Origin: Eledone cirrhosa
Taxonomy: Eukaryota
DNA length: 64,000 nt
Reading direction: 5' to 3'
NCBI GenBank assembly: GCA_964016885.1
Contig: OZ024743.1
Coordinates: forward strand, 169,570,001 to 169,634,000
The notes under the pieces were generated by a model. That model saw only the letters and a program-made list of their open reading frames with translations, made no database searches and was not told the DNA's origin. Numbering within the stretch: the stretch's first letter is position 1; every line of letters starts with the position of its first letter. The translations under genes and the position numbers were made by a program. Below are positions 12,421 through 24,775 of the stretch, piece by piece.

Positions 12421-12828
12421 CAGGTCGCCAATTCCAGAAGCATGGATTATATATGTTATTGAGACACGAGTAACATAAAAATGATTTCCACAGCAGTAAT
12501 TAGAGATGAAATGTATGTTTATTTTTGATGTAGTACAAACAATGTTTGTTAACTTATATGGTTGAAGTTACAGATAAAAAGAGGTTACAAAAGGGAATGT
12601 GCCATTGCACCGTTAAGCCGGCAAGGCTAGGGTGCAAGATCTCACCGTTACATTATGCGTGTTGCTGGCTTGAAGTTTCCGATACAAGATTCTTCAAATC
12701 TTCAATTCTTCAAATTTCTTCCTCAGGGCGCGTAGGGATACATCCTCTTCTACTGGCGCTGATTGGCTGAACTGAGCCAAATCACGCATAGAGAATGTAT
12801 GTGAGCCCGCGGAATGTAGGTCACTACA
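12421..12828 (-). mobile_element. 408-bp LTR-like insertion with PBS-like end inside the Tx1 RT
   Basis: Splits LNNLD|KAFNRVDH. On the minus strand it starts TGTAGTGAC, contains AATAAA and ends TGGCGACCTG (PBS-like). No clear terminal CA or TSD. Confidence 0.5.
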
Positions 12829-13466
12829 ATCTAAATTGTTTAGAGCCCCACCAAGGCCAGGTTTACACCCTACCCTCTCTATGATGTATCGCATGAGGTG
12901 GAGGTTGGCGTATATGAACCCGGTCAGGATTGCACAAGTTTGCATGTCCCTGAACAAATCCTTGACGACACGCGCCAGTCTTTTTGCTAATACCTTGGCC
13001 AAAAGCTTAAACTCTGTGTTCAGTGGAGCCTGAAGTTGTCTAATGTATCCCTCTTGTTCTCGTCTTTCCTTATCAGCATCACTACGCTCCAGCTCACAGA
13101 ACTGGGAATACTCCCATTCTGTTGCCAGTTGCAGTAGAATACTTCAAGGAGATCGGCGACCAAATATAGCATATTTACGTAAAGCTCATAGAGCAGACCA
13201 TCCAATTGGGTGACTTTTGCCTCATGCAGCTGACTAGGGCATCCTGAATTTTGGCTGAAGTTATTGGCCTTTCACAGCACTCAGCATCGGCTGTCAAGTA
13301 TTGCAGTAAGCCATCGAGGTAGGGACTGAATTCTGCCACCATCTCTGACCCACCATTTCCCCCAAACAATCGAGCAAATTGCTGGCGAAAGGCTTTATAC
13401 ATCCGCCTGGAATGGCTCAGCTCGTGTCCGTCTCGATCCCTCAAACACCGGATTGGTATTATTACC

Positions 13467-13655
13467 GTGGATTGGCAGTATCGGTAGAGAGTCGGACACC
13501 ATGCTTTGAAGCATAGAGTTACGTCCCTTTATGATCTGAGTTCAAATCCCGCCGAGGTTAACTTTGCCTTTCATCCTTACGGGGTCGATAAAATAAAGTA
13601 CCAGTAATGTACTGGGTAATTGCTGGCCTTGTGCCTAAAATAGAAACAATTATTA
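13467..13655 (+). mobile_element. tRNA-SINE inserted in Tx1 copy A
   Basis: Near-identical to 10461-10646; flanked by TTATTACC on both sides (TSD-like). Confidence 0.88.
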
Positions 13656-15194
13656 CCACGCAGTGCCTCTGCCATGTGGGCCCATCGAACGATTTTGTTC
13701 CCTCATTTCTCAGGGCATGCAACTTAACTCTGATAATGCAACCTTTATGTTTTGCATTGAAGAAATGGTCTAATACCATTCTCGCCACTAGCACGTCAAT
13801 TGCAAAGTCACTACAAATAGCCTCGTCTAATTTAGCTACCAGCTCCACTCCTTTCTATTGATGACCCCCCCCCCCCCATCGTCAACTTTTTCTTAACTAA
13901 ATTGATGACTCAGTCCCTGTAAGCTTTACTTACTGGGAATGACATGTTCAGCTTCCAGTAACTAAGTCCTAACCTACGTGCCTTATCTAGGTCAATCATT
14001 CAGATCACCATCTTGTGATCTGAATAGGTAAACATTTTAAAACATGAACAGCCTAGACTATTTCTATCTATTTTCCTAATGAGAATCCTGTCTATATACG
14101 ATCTACATGACCCTATATGGTTGGTCCAAGTCCACAGTGGCACATTAGAGAAATCTAGTCAATACCTGTCAGACAGTTGGAACTGGCTGATTAGGTACTT
14201 AAGGCTTTTGCACCCCCTGCTTCTACAGCTACTCACACACAATCTCAGCATGCATCTAAAATGGCATTCCAGTGCCCCAGTAGGCACATAGACAGCCACT
14301 AGTCTAAAGGCACTACCTTCACTGCTGCTCACATCCTGAACCACCAACTTGCCAACCGGGTCTAGGAAGATCAACCTTACCTTGAGATCCAGGCCAGTCC
14401 TAAACAGCATTGCCACCTCATCTTCCATTCCCAGCCGAGTAAGAGATGCAAAGGTCTGACAGTCAGTTAGTGCATGCGTGTCAGAAATCCTGGTCTCACT
14501 GACGGCAGTCACATCCATATCTAGTGATATGTGGTCATTCAGCAAGTGACCCTGCTTCCAGGACAACCCCAGACTATGAACATTTAAATAACCTACTCTT
14601 AATACATCCATGTTGGCTGGATAAAAGAGAGAAGAAAGGTCTACTTACCTCCCTGGGGCTTGTGGAGGTCAAGTGGTTCGACCTCCATGATTGTTGGGGT
14701 TTCCTTTGGGAAGCCCTTTAATAGCTGACTCAAGGCTTTCATACTAGGGGTTCCCACATCATCGGGGAAGCTTTCTCTAATGCTTTTTGTATGTGTTCAC
14801 TGGCATTGGCACCATCAGCAGTATATTGGGCACTTTGCAGGTGCAGGTACCAATGATCTCTCCATCTTTCTCAATATCTTGCCTTCATGTTACAAGGGCT
14901 ATAAGGTTTTTGTTTGCCCTTCTTAGTAACACGAAGTTGGGTGTTTCTCTTGTTGTTAGTGCCTGAATGTATTTCCTTTTGTGGCATGAATTGCAGTTGT
15001 GTTTGCATTGTTGTTGGTTGTTGTGTTTTTGTTGATGGTTGTAGTGTTAGGTTTGTTGTGGAGGTGTCTGTATTTGCTGCGTATATGTTTTGTGGCTTAT
15101 AGGTGTGTGTTTATTTTTCTTTTTGTGTTTCTTTTTTTGTTTTGTGGGTTTTTGAGGTTCCACCTCATCTTCACTTGGGAATGAGGAGGGACTA

Positions 15195-15832
15195 GCTTTA
15201 TTAAGTACAAAAGGGAATACATTAAGGACAGCACAGGGTGGGTTTCTGCATGTATACAAGAAAAACAAATCAAAGGATGTAACTAAAAAAATCGAAACAA
15301 AGGAAAATTCTCTGATAGTGGGGAGACTTCCGAGGGTCACCTGTAGAGAAAGCCCACAAGAAGGCATGTTGACCCTGACCACCAGGGCAAGTGCCCTGTC
15401 CCAGTTTTCCACTTCCAATCTACAGGCACATACCCCAAGCAGGCCATGCTCATTTCTCTCACCCATCTTTCAACAAACAGCTGGGAAGTGAGCACTTTCC
15501 TCTCCACTCTGATTTTCCTTTTCAAATGAAATTTTAAAAAGTTAATCAGGGCTTTGCCAAAGAGGAAAGTGCTCATCTGCAGCTCTTTCAAACATATCCA
15601 CCACATGACCTCTTTTGTCGTGCCCACCAGATAAAAACTGCCTGCCCTTCCTGGCTAAAATAAGGCGATGGGGAAATCTTCATGATTGATTCAGCTGATA
15701 GCTGGATCTGTCCTACACACAAAAGCAGGTGTTCGACATAAATCCACAAGTCAGCAATGCTCAGACACTCGATGAGTGTGTGCAGGATGGTTTTGTCACC
15801 CTATGCATGTTTCAGACAGGTCTGGCTGCTGG
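15195..15832 (-). mobile_element. 3' end of another Tx1-like copy (zf-RVT region and 3' UTR)
   Basis: ORF 15337-15627 reads KEVMWW..FHLKRKIRVERKVL..FVERWVRE. The 3' UTR matches 37850-38080; AATAAA at ~15200. Confidence 0.85.
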
Positions 15833-15839
15833 TACTTAA

Positions 15840-17482
15840 AAAAGGGAATGATAACAAAAGAAGTAAAACACCCACAGATATCAAACAATTACAATGATAT
15901 CTACCTAAATCCGCCCCCAGTCTAGTGACAATGATGTTAATGCAACCATAAATTCACTAATCCTCTTTATGAGTACATAAAAGCCAAACAAAAAAAAGTT
16001 CAGATAATGGTGAAAAGGAGGCTGGAACTTCGTGTGAAGGATTCTCACTCGGCATGTGCTCTCTGGCTCAGCAGCAGAGATCTGGCTGTCATCCAAATAC
16101 TGCTAGTGCTGGAGGAAGAAGACGGAATGAGGCAAGAGCCAGCTGGAGAAAGGAATTGAATAAAACTGTAATGAAATGTTATCTGAAAAGTGATCCCACT
16201 AAGAAAGGCTATAGGAAACGAATGTATAAAATCTGGAACGATATTGGTCTATTTAAATTAGGTGAACAAAACTAGTGAATCAGGCTTGTGGAATAAGAAC
16301 TAATGGATGGATAAACGAGTTGGAATTGGAGAAACTGAGTAGAAAGATTAAGATAGAAATGGAAAGCGGAATAGATCATGCAAAAGACCCTGTAGAAAGC
16401 AGAGTGAATCAGGTAAATGAGCCAGTAGAAAATGAGGATGAAGTGGTTATGAGACTTGAGGAAGTAATTGGTGAAGACAATGATCTAATGGTTGAGATAA
16501 ATAACATCTTGAGTATAGATATGGCCATTAAGGAAATGAATACTGAGGGTTAGTGCAAGATTTTGTTGATATTCTGAATTTAGTGGTGGATGAAAGGAAT
16601 AAGGATAGTGGAAAACTTATGAATCTAAGATATGTAGACAGAAAAAAGATAAAAGAAACAACAGTTAAGGTAAACAGGATCATCCCATACTTTGAGATGC
16701 AGAATCTTCAAGAATGTAACAATATCCTCAAAGCAGATACAAATGTGGTGAAAAAATCACTTGGTATCAAAACAAGGAAAAACAGACGAGAAATGACAGA
16801 ATCTTGGCGGGATAAGTAGTTGAATGTTTAAATCAAGGAAATAAGAAAGGACATCGGGAAACTTGAGACTTTATTAAACAGGACATTACAAAACATAGAT
16901 ACTAAGGTTAGATTTTCAAGGAAATACAACACAAAGGGAAAAGGGCTAAATGTTATAACAGAAAGGAAGCTGAGAGAAGTCCCATGGTACAAAAGACCAG
17001 TTACTCATTGACAAGATGATAATAAGGATGAATTGATTACAAGATGAATAGATTACAAGAAGGCATTTGACATGGTTCCTCATTCTTGGATAACAAAGTG
17101 TCTGGAAATTTTGAAGGTGGTGGACAACAGCAGACTGCTATTAAGTAATAGCATGAACCTAGGAGACAGACCTAACATTAGAGGAAGAATCCTTCAGAGG
17201 AATAAAAATCAAGATAGGTATCTTCCAAGGAGATAGTCTCTCCCCTTCATTGTTTGTCCTTTACCTCATACCCTTGTCCCACGTATTGCCAAAAGTGAAG
17301 GCAGGATACAAACTGGGAAATGGAGAACTTACCATCAACTGCCTCCTCTTCATGGACAATAAAATGAAGGAAATGATAAGATCTGAATGCATAAGGAGAG
17401 TAAGGAACATACTAAAATCACATCTGAATAGTAAATGTTCCATAAGTGCAATAAATTCCCAAGCTGTGTCTATTATTAAATA
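15840..17482 (+). mobile_element. R4/Dong family B relative, degraded and internally deleted
   Basis: RASWRKELNKTVMKCYLKSDP..GYRKRM is homologous to 58586-59791. Also IDYKKAFDMVPHSW, GIFQGDSLSP and LLFMD. Confidence 0.85.
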
Positions 17483-17489
17483 ACCAACA

Positions 17490-20450
17490 GTGACTACATA
17501 ATTATTACTGGCGACCTTAATGGTCATGTTGGACAACATTTTGATGGCTATGATGGAATCCATGGAGGCTATGGGTTTGGTAATGAGAAAGGCTTCAGGA
17601 TACTGGAATTCTGTGGTACTAATAACCTAACTATCTGTAACACAAACTTCAAAAAACGAGACAATCACCTGATCACCGGATAGCATGCCAGACAGGATAG
17701 CATGCCAGCCAGATAGATTATATCCTTATTAGAAGATGAGACAGAGTGTCTGTTGTAAACACTAAGTCCCTCCCTCGTGAAGAATGCACCTTCCAACATA
17801 GCCTAATAGTTAGTGACCTCATAGTCAGGACTAGATATACTCGACGACAGAGGACTTCCTTGAGGAGAAGAATATGGAAGTTGAAGGACCCCACAGCCAG
17901 TAACAAATTTAAGAGCATATTACTTGATTCTTTTGACAGTAAGGAAGAGCAATTAAAGACGTACGGTATAGAGGAACCGTGGCAATTTCTGAAAGTTAAC
18001 TTGCTGAAGGTGACAGATGAAATCTGTGGCTGGAGCAGTCCTTTGGGCAGGAGGAGAGTAACTTGGTGGTGGAACAGTAAGGTGGAGGAGACAATCAAGA
18101 CCAAAAAGCAGGCTTGGAAAGTATGGCAGGATGGGGGAACACTATCAGGTGGCTAGGAGAGAAGCTAGGCAACAAGCGTAATTTGCAAGAAGGGAAGCAG
18201 AGGATAGAAAGTTCAAGCATGTTCTACAACACAAGGACCAAAAACATGAGGTGTTCAGGATTGCAAGACAATGTGTCAAGGAAAACTGTGATAGTGTAAG
18301 GGAGAAGTGTGTCCATAATGATGATGGTGTACTTTCCCTCACTGATACTGATAAGAGGGTTGCATGGAAGTGTCACTACGGGAGACTACTAAATGAGGAG
18401 AATAAATGGGAAAAAGATGCCCCAAATCAATCCAATAGAGGGACCAGCTGTGCAAGATAATGGTAGTATTATAAGTAAGGCGATCAAAGATATGCAGACA
18501 GGCAAAAAGAAACTGGGCCTTCGGAGATAGTTGCTGAGATGTTGAAAGCATGTGGAATGGTGGGTCACCCAGATAGTAAACCAAGTAATACAGAATGGGG
18601 TCATGCCAAATGACTGGCATAGCAGCATCACCATTAACTGCTACAAGGGCAAAGGAGATGCTCTAGATAGAGAAAACTATAGAGGCATTAAGTTAGTTGA
18701 CCAGGTCATGAAGGTCACAGAAAGAGTTATTGCACAACTAATTAGAGAACGAATTGATCTAGATGAAATACAGTTTGGGTTTGTGCCAGGTAAAAGTACC
18801 ATGGATGCTCTTTTCCTTGTACGGCAACTACAGGAGAAGTACCTAACTAAAAGTAAACTCCTCTACTTAGCTTTTGTTGACTTGGAGAAAGCCTTTGACA
18901 GAGTCCCCTGCTCCATTATCTGGTGGGCCCTTAGAAAACTAGGAGTAGATGAATGGCTTGTGAGAGCTATACAAGCCATGAATAAAGAAAGTCAGCAAGG
19001 TTAGAATTAACAATGAATATAGTGAAGAATTTAGCATAAAAGTAAGTGTTTACCAAGGCTCCGTCCTTTGCTCCCTCCTGTTTATTATTGCCCTTCAGGC
19101 TATAACAGAAGGGTTTGAGACTGGTTGCCTATGGGAACTTCTATATGCAGATGATCTAACTCTCATAGCTGAATCTATGGCTGAACTAGAGAAGAAATTC
19201 CAAACATGGAATCATAGCCTAGAATCAAAAGGTCTTAGAGTTAACTTGTCTAAGAGTAAAGTTCTAGTATCTAGAAAGTAAAATAGGGCACAGGTACCCT
19301 CTGGGAAATGACCATGCTCAGTGTGTAGGAAAGCAGTAGGTAGAAATTCCATTCTATGCCCCAAATGTAAACTATGCAAACTATGGGTACATAAAAGATG
19401 TAGTGGGATCACACGCAAGCTATCTAAGAAAGTAGATTTTATATGTGGCCGATGCTCTGGTGCAATAATAGCAAGTGCTCACAGGATACTAGCTCCTTCT
19501 ACTGCCCAGATGGTTCTATAGAAATAGTGGAAACTTTCTATTACCTGGGTGACAAAATCAGCAGTGGTGGAGGGTGTTCTGAAAGTGTAGTAGCCACAGT
19601 TAGAACGGGATGGAAAAAGTTCAGAGAGCTAATACCGCTGTTGGCCACAAAAGGTTTCTCCCTAAAAATGAAAGGCAGATTGTATGATGCCTGTATACGA
19701 ACAGCAATGTTACATGACAGTGAGACATGGGCATTGTATGCAGAGGACCTGCGCAGATGGGAAAGGAACAAAGCATGCATGCTCCATTGGATGTATAATA
19801 GTAATATACACAAACGGCAAAACATAAACAAACTAAGTGAGAAATTAGCCAAGAGGGATCAGATGCTGTTTACTTGAGAGAAGATTACGTTGGTATGGTC
19901 ATGTGATACACTTGAAAGACAACAACTGTATAAAAAAGGGCAGGGTGATCAAAATTGATGGAAGTTACGGAGTAGGTAGGCTCAGAAAACCTGGGACGAC
20001 ATGATAAAATCTGACTTTGCTTACATACACCTCTTGGATTAAGACCATTGGCACTACATAGTAATATAACCTACAGTCAGTAGGCACCTCTTAACCCCAA
20101 CCCACTACCCCTACTTCATCCTCCCTCTCCCACCATCACCGCCCTTTCTCTGTAAAGTTATGTTGGTACCACAGACCATCCAGTCCAAACTAAAGAGGTC
20201 GTGTAGGTGTCACGACAGAACAGCACCCAGTCCACGCTGTAAAGTGGTCGTATAGGAGACATGATAAAAAGGCTCCCAGGCCACACTGTAAATGTGGTTG
20301 TTGTTAGAAAGGGCATCCTGCTGTAGAAAACCTGCCAGATAAAATCTTATACGAGCGAGACATGGTCACCTGACCAATCCTGCCTCAGGTGGAACAATTC
20401 CCGTCTAACTCATGCCAGCGTGGAAGATAGACGTTAAACGATGATGATGA
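17490..20450 (+). mobile_element. RTE LINE, near full ORF remnant (APE, RT, PHD finger, 3' UTR, (GAT)n tail)
   Basis: GDLNGHVG..NEKGFRILEFC; ORF 18552-19004 (NYRGIKL..FVDLEKAFDRVP); LYADD at ~19144; ORF 19443-19877. Tail ACGTTAAACGATGATGATGA at ~20430-20450. Confidence 0.9.
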
Positions 20451-20451
20451 T

Positions 20452-23400
20452 TAACAACAGCAACAACAACGAAACAATGAAAACAACAGCGATAACGGTG
20501 AAAACAAGAACAAAAACAACAGCAGCAACAACAACAACCGCATCAACAACAACAATTCAACCAACAAATCAACATTTACTGCCAATACTACCAAAACTTT
20601 CGCTGGTGACAAGAAAAGCTCTTTTTCAAAGATCACTTTCTCCAAAGAATAAGTAAAACAAGCAAGAAGTCTGGTAGAAAGAGACAGCCTCATTGTGAAT
20701 ATCAACACCCCTATCAAAACAATCCAAAATACGATATGTCGGACTGTAACATATTGTATCATAGGATTACAGATTAGAAAAATAGAAAGAGCCACTGAGA
20801 CTTTAATTCAGAAGGCTTTAGGTTCTGTATGGACTCAAATCATTTTCATCCAAAGAGGCAGGGCTTTCGGCATGGTGGAGGTGAGATTTGCTACAGAGGA
20901 AGAAGCAATATCTCACTCCATGAAGCCCCTACAGAGTTAAGAGATCATGCTCATCCCATTCTACTGTGGAATGAGACTAGTAAGGATCAGAATTTTGCAA
21001 ATACCGCTGGAAATAGCCATTCCTTGCCTAATAGCTGCAGTCACAGTTGGTATAGAGGAAAATTTGAAAATCCATGAGATTTACCAGACTAACAAAATGA
21101 ATTGGTTGGGAATGGGAGTCTAAAAATCCTTATGCAAATGACGCAAGGGAATGTAGGTACCATCCCTGAGCAAATACATTTTCCATGCAGTATAATTTTA
21201 CCAGTCTATGTAGAAGGGAGGAAAACCAGATGTCATATCTGTCTTTTCACAAACAACATGAAAGCTATCTGCCCTTCACTAAAACGAAAAGGAAAAAAAC
21301 TCAACTCTTACTGACACCAAAATCTCACCAACAAAAGCTACCACCTAACTCCAGACAACATCACCAAGAAAAGTAACAGCAACATCAGCACCAGGACCAT
21401 AAAGAAAATCAAATAAAACAGCAACACCAGTGCCACCAAGACCAACACCAACAGAAGTGACAATACCAACACCCATCAAGGACATGCCACTTTCCAAAGT
21501 CTCATTCAGACTTAAATTCTGATGAGTTCAAGGAATGCCCTAAAAAAAGAAGGCAAAAAAGACAAAAATATAAAAACCTAAATCCTTACCACCACCACAA
21601 GTATCTACACTACCAACCTCACTACCATCAACATCACAACTGTCACCACACACAGTAACACCATCCCAAACAAAACCTTACCCACACCCACAATAACATC
21701 AAAAAGATACAAATATTACACACCACACAGCAATAAAAACTAACAACACAAAACTAATGAACTACTCACAGCACAACACCACAATTAGGGTAAAAGATTT
21801 TATTACATCCAAAAAAAAATCACGTGGCTTTTCTCACTTTCTCCTTTTAATCGATCATGGCCCCACTCAAAATAGGGAGTGTGAATGCATGTGGTCTGGG
21901 GTCATCTTAGAAACAGGGCCACCTGCTCAGTGACCTCATTTCACTAGACATAGATGTGGTGGCCATTAGTCAGACAAAGGTTTCTGATGCTTGAACCTTT
22001 GCAGCCATTTTCGGTAGCTATGAGGTGTATCTCTGAGCTATCTGTAATCTGGAGTTGCCGTGTTGTTCCAGAAAGGCCTGGATCTCACAATATGGACCAT
22101 CTTCCTGGACCTGGAGGGTATATCAATGGAGAAGAGCATGCCTTCAGTTGAATGGCCATCTATACTCCAAAAGGGGCTAGGGGCTGGACAAACTGATTTC
22201 TTCCGACACCTAGAAACCTTGCTAGGAATGTCTTGCTCTTTAGTTCTAGTAGACGACTGGAATGGTATCTTAGATGCACACTGGGACTGTGTGGAACTAG
22301 TGGATAGGGAAGGAGGATGTAAAAACCTCACAAACCTGCTCAGTTGCTTCCAACTGTCTGACAGGTACTGACTGGATGTCTCAAATGCTTCAATGTGAAC
22401 ATGGCCTAAGCTCAATGGATCATCCAGATAGTATTTAGATAGGGTATCCTACAGGGAAGTAAACAAGAATAGCATAGGTTCTCTACAATTTACAATACTT
22501 GAACACACAGACCACAAATTTGTGACATGTGTAGTAAATCTAGATAGGCTCCTTAGGTAAGGACCCAGTTACTAGAAGCTGAACGCCTCATTCCCAAGGC
22601 ATAAAGCCTACAGGGACCGGATTAGTGAATTAATTAAATGGGCGTTATCGGGATATTCATCAATAACAAGTGGCGGTACACTCTGAAAAGTGCAATCAGA
22701 GTAAAATCGATAAGATTTATCAAAGCTATAGCAATAGAAAAAACTAGAGTAGAGGGAGTGCTAGTTAAAAAACTAGCAGAGGCAATTAGCAAGGCATCGC
22801 AATTGACATTCTTGCAGCGTGATTGGCCCTAGACCAATTCTTCAGTGTTAAGCATGAAGGCTATGTGGTCAGAAATAAGGTGTGTGCTCTTAGACTTGAG
22901 GGGAAGAAAGCCGTGGCAACAAAGCTACAATCCGATCTTTGGCGCACGGTGATGGGCGCATGTTACTCAATCCCAAGCAGTTGTGTGGCTTTTCAGCAAA
23001 ACTTTGCCAAACTGTTAAGGACCATCAGTGGGCTGGATCATGAGAGGGACTTCACTGCCTATCTCAATGGCCTTCCGCATCTATTGGCAATAACAGCCAC
23101 TGAAATAGTGAGGCAATGACCAACAGCATGAGAGGTAAATTGCCCGGTTTGGATGGTCTGCCCTACAAGCTATATGTTCACATGCCAGACTTGTTCAGTG
23201 ACATCTTGGCAGATATCTATTGTGACTGGAAGAAAAACTGGAGAATTCCCAGTTCTGTGAGCTGATGAGCAGTGGCATTGCTGAGAATGGACCCAAACAA
23301 AGGAGAATTTATTGATAATTTTAGACCCATAATTCTACTAACTGCAAAGTTCAAAATTTTGGAAAAGGTTTTAGTGATGAAAAGGTTTTGGAAAATATTT

Positions 23401-23567
23401 AGCATTTATTGTTGGTTGTCTGGTAGGGGAGGCACAGACATGTCCCATTCCCAAGATATCCATCCATGACAACCTCCATCTTATGCAATACATCATTGAG
23501 AGGGTGGCTAAGGAACCTGGCATGGGTGGGCCACTGATCAACTTAGATCAATCAAAAGCATTCGATA
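20452..23567 (+). mobile_element. Tx1/L1-like LINE copy B, degraded (ORF1, APE, start of RT)
   Basis: ORF1 remnants (FGMVEVRFATEEEA; VEGRKTRCHIC), APE (LVLVDDWNGILD, YLDR), RT (NFRPIILL; LINLDQSKAFD). Confidence 0.85.
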
Positions 23568-24775
23568 TGAATGGCTTCAGAGAGGGAATATCAACCACCA
23601 GTCACATCCTGATGCTGAGGAGTATATTAGAGGGAGCTAGAGCAAAGTGCCTTCCTACAGTCATGGTTTTCCTTGATTTTAGGAAGGCCTTTGATTCCGT
23701 GGACCGTCACTGCCTGATGAAGATCTTACAGGCTTATGGAATCCCCAAGAGGATAGTGGACCTGATATCACTGCTCTACACCAACACCAGAGCCCAAGTC
23801 ATTACACCTGATGGGATGACAGAGTTCTTTGAGATACTGGCTGGAGTGCTCCAGGGAGATACATTGGCTCCCTACCTTTTTATCATCGTAGTGGACTATT
23901 GTATGCGCCTTGCACTGGAGAAACACCAGGACTCTGGCTTTACTGTAGCACCGGCTCAGAGCAGGAGAGTTAGGGCGAAAAAGGTATCGGATGCTGAATT
24001 TGCCGACGACATAGTTTTGGTGACAAATACAGTGAAGGAGGAAGAGGATTTGATGCGGGAGGTTGAGACTGTGTCGATGAGTGTGGGGCTGAGAATGAAT
24101 GAGACTAAAACAAAATATCTGGTAGAGAATGTTGTGAAGCCAGAGGGGATCACTAATGTAGGCGGAAAGCCGCTGGAATTGGTTGAGGACTTCCTGTATT
24201 TGGGAGCAAAGATTGGGAATATGGAAGATGATGTGGTTGAGAGGAAGAGCAAGGCCTGGGCGGCGTGTCACAGCTTGAGATCGGTGTGGAAGTCGGACCT
24301 TCGTAGAGACCTGAGAGTCCGCCTCTTCATTGCTGTAGTGGAGTCTGTGCTGCTGTATGGGTCTGAGACTTGGACACTGACCAAGAGACTCACTCAGATG
24401 GTGGATGGGTGCTACACGAGAATGCTGAGGATGGCTCTGAACATTAATCAGTATACACTGAGGATGAAAAACTCAGAGCTGTATGGGAGCATCCCAAAAG
24501 TCAGCTCAAAAGTGACACAGAGGAGACTGAGGTTGGCTGGACATGCTCACCGACATCCAGAGTTGACATTGCACTCAGTGCTCCTGTGGGAGCCCCTACA
24601 TGGACACACTAGAAGAGGAAGACCAAGGTTAACATATGTTGATGCCCTAAGGACAGACACTGGTCTGTTGGAGATGCAGGATATGGCAGCGATAACGAGG
24701 GACAGAGACCGCTGGAGAGAACTCGTCCATGGATCTCGGGAATTTTACCCGCCTTAGATAGATAGATAGATTGAT
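23568..24775 (+). mobile_element. 5'-truncated RTE-like LINE (second family), intact RT frame, (GATA)n tail
   Basis: Within ORF 23483-24757: GFREGIST, FLDFRKAFDSV, GVLQGDTLAPYLF, FADD, FLYLG, LLYGSETW, RLRLAGH, RGRP. The stop is followed directly by ATAGATAGATAG. Confidence 0.88.

Larger units (their letters stand above)
11497..15190 (-). mobile_element. Tx1/L1-like LINE copy A, degraded (ORF1 end, APE, RT)
   Basis: APE ORF 14159-14611 (MDVLRVGYLNVHSLG..SETR). RT pieces: MAKVLAKRL, YCNWQQNG, AVSAYA, KLSLKGQAE. Homologous to 35048-37847. Confidence 0.88.
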
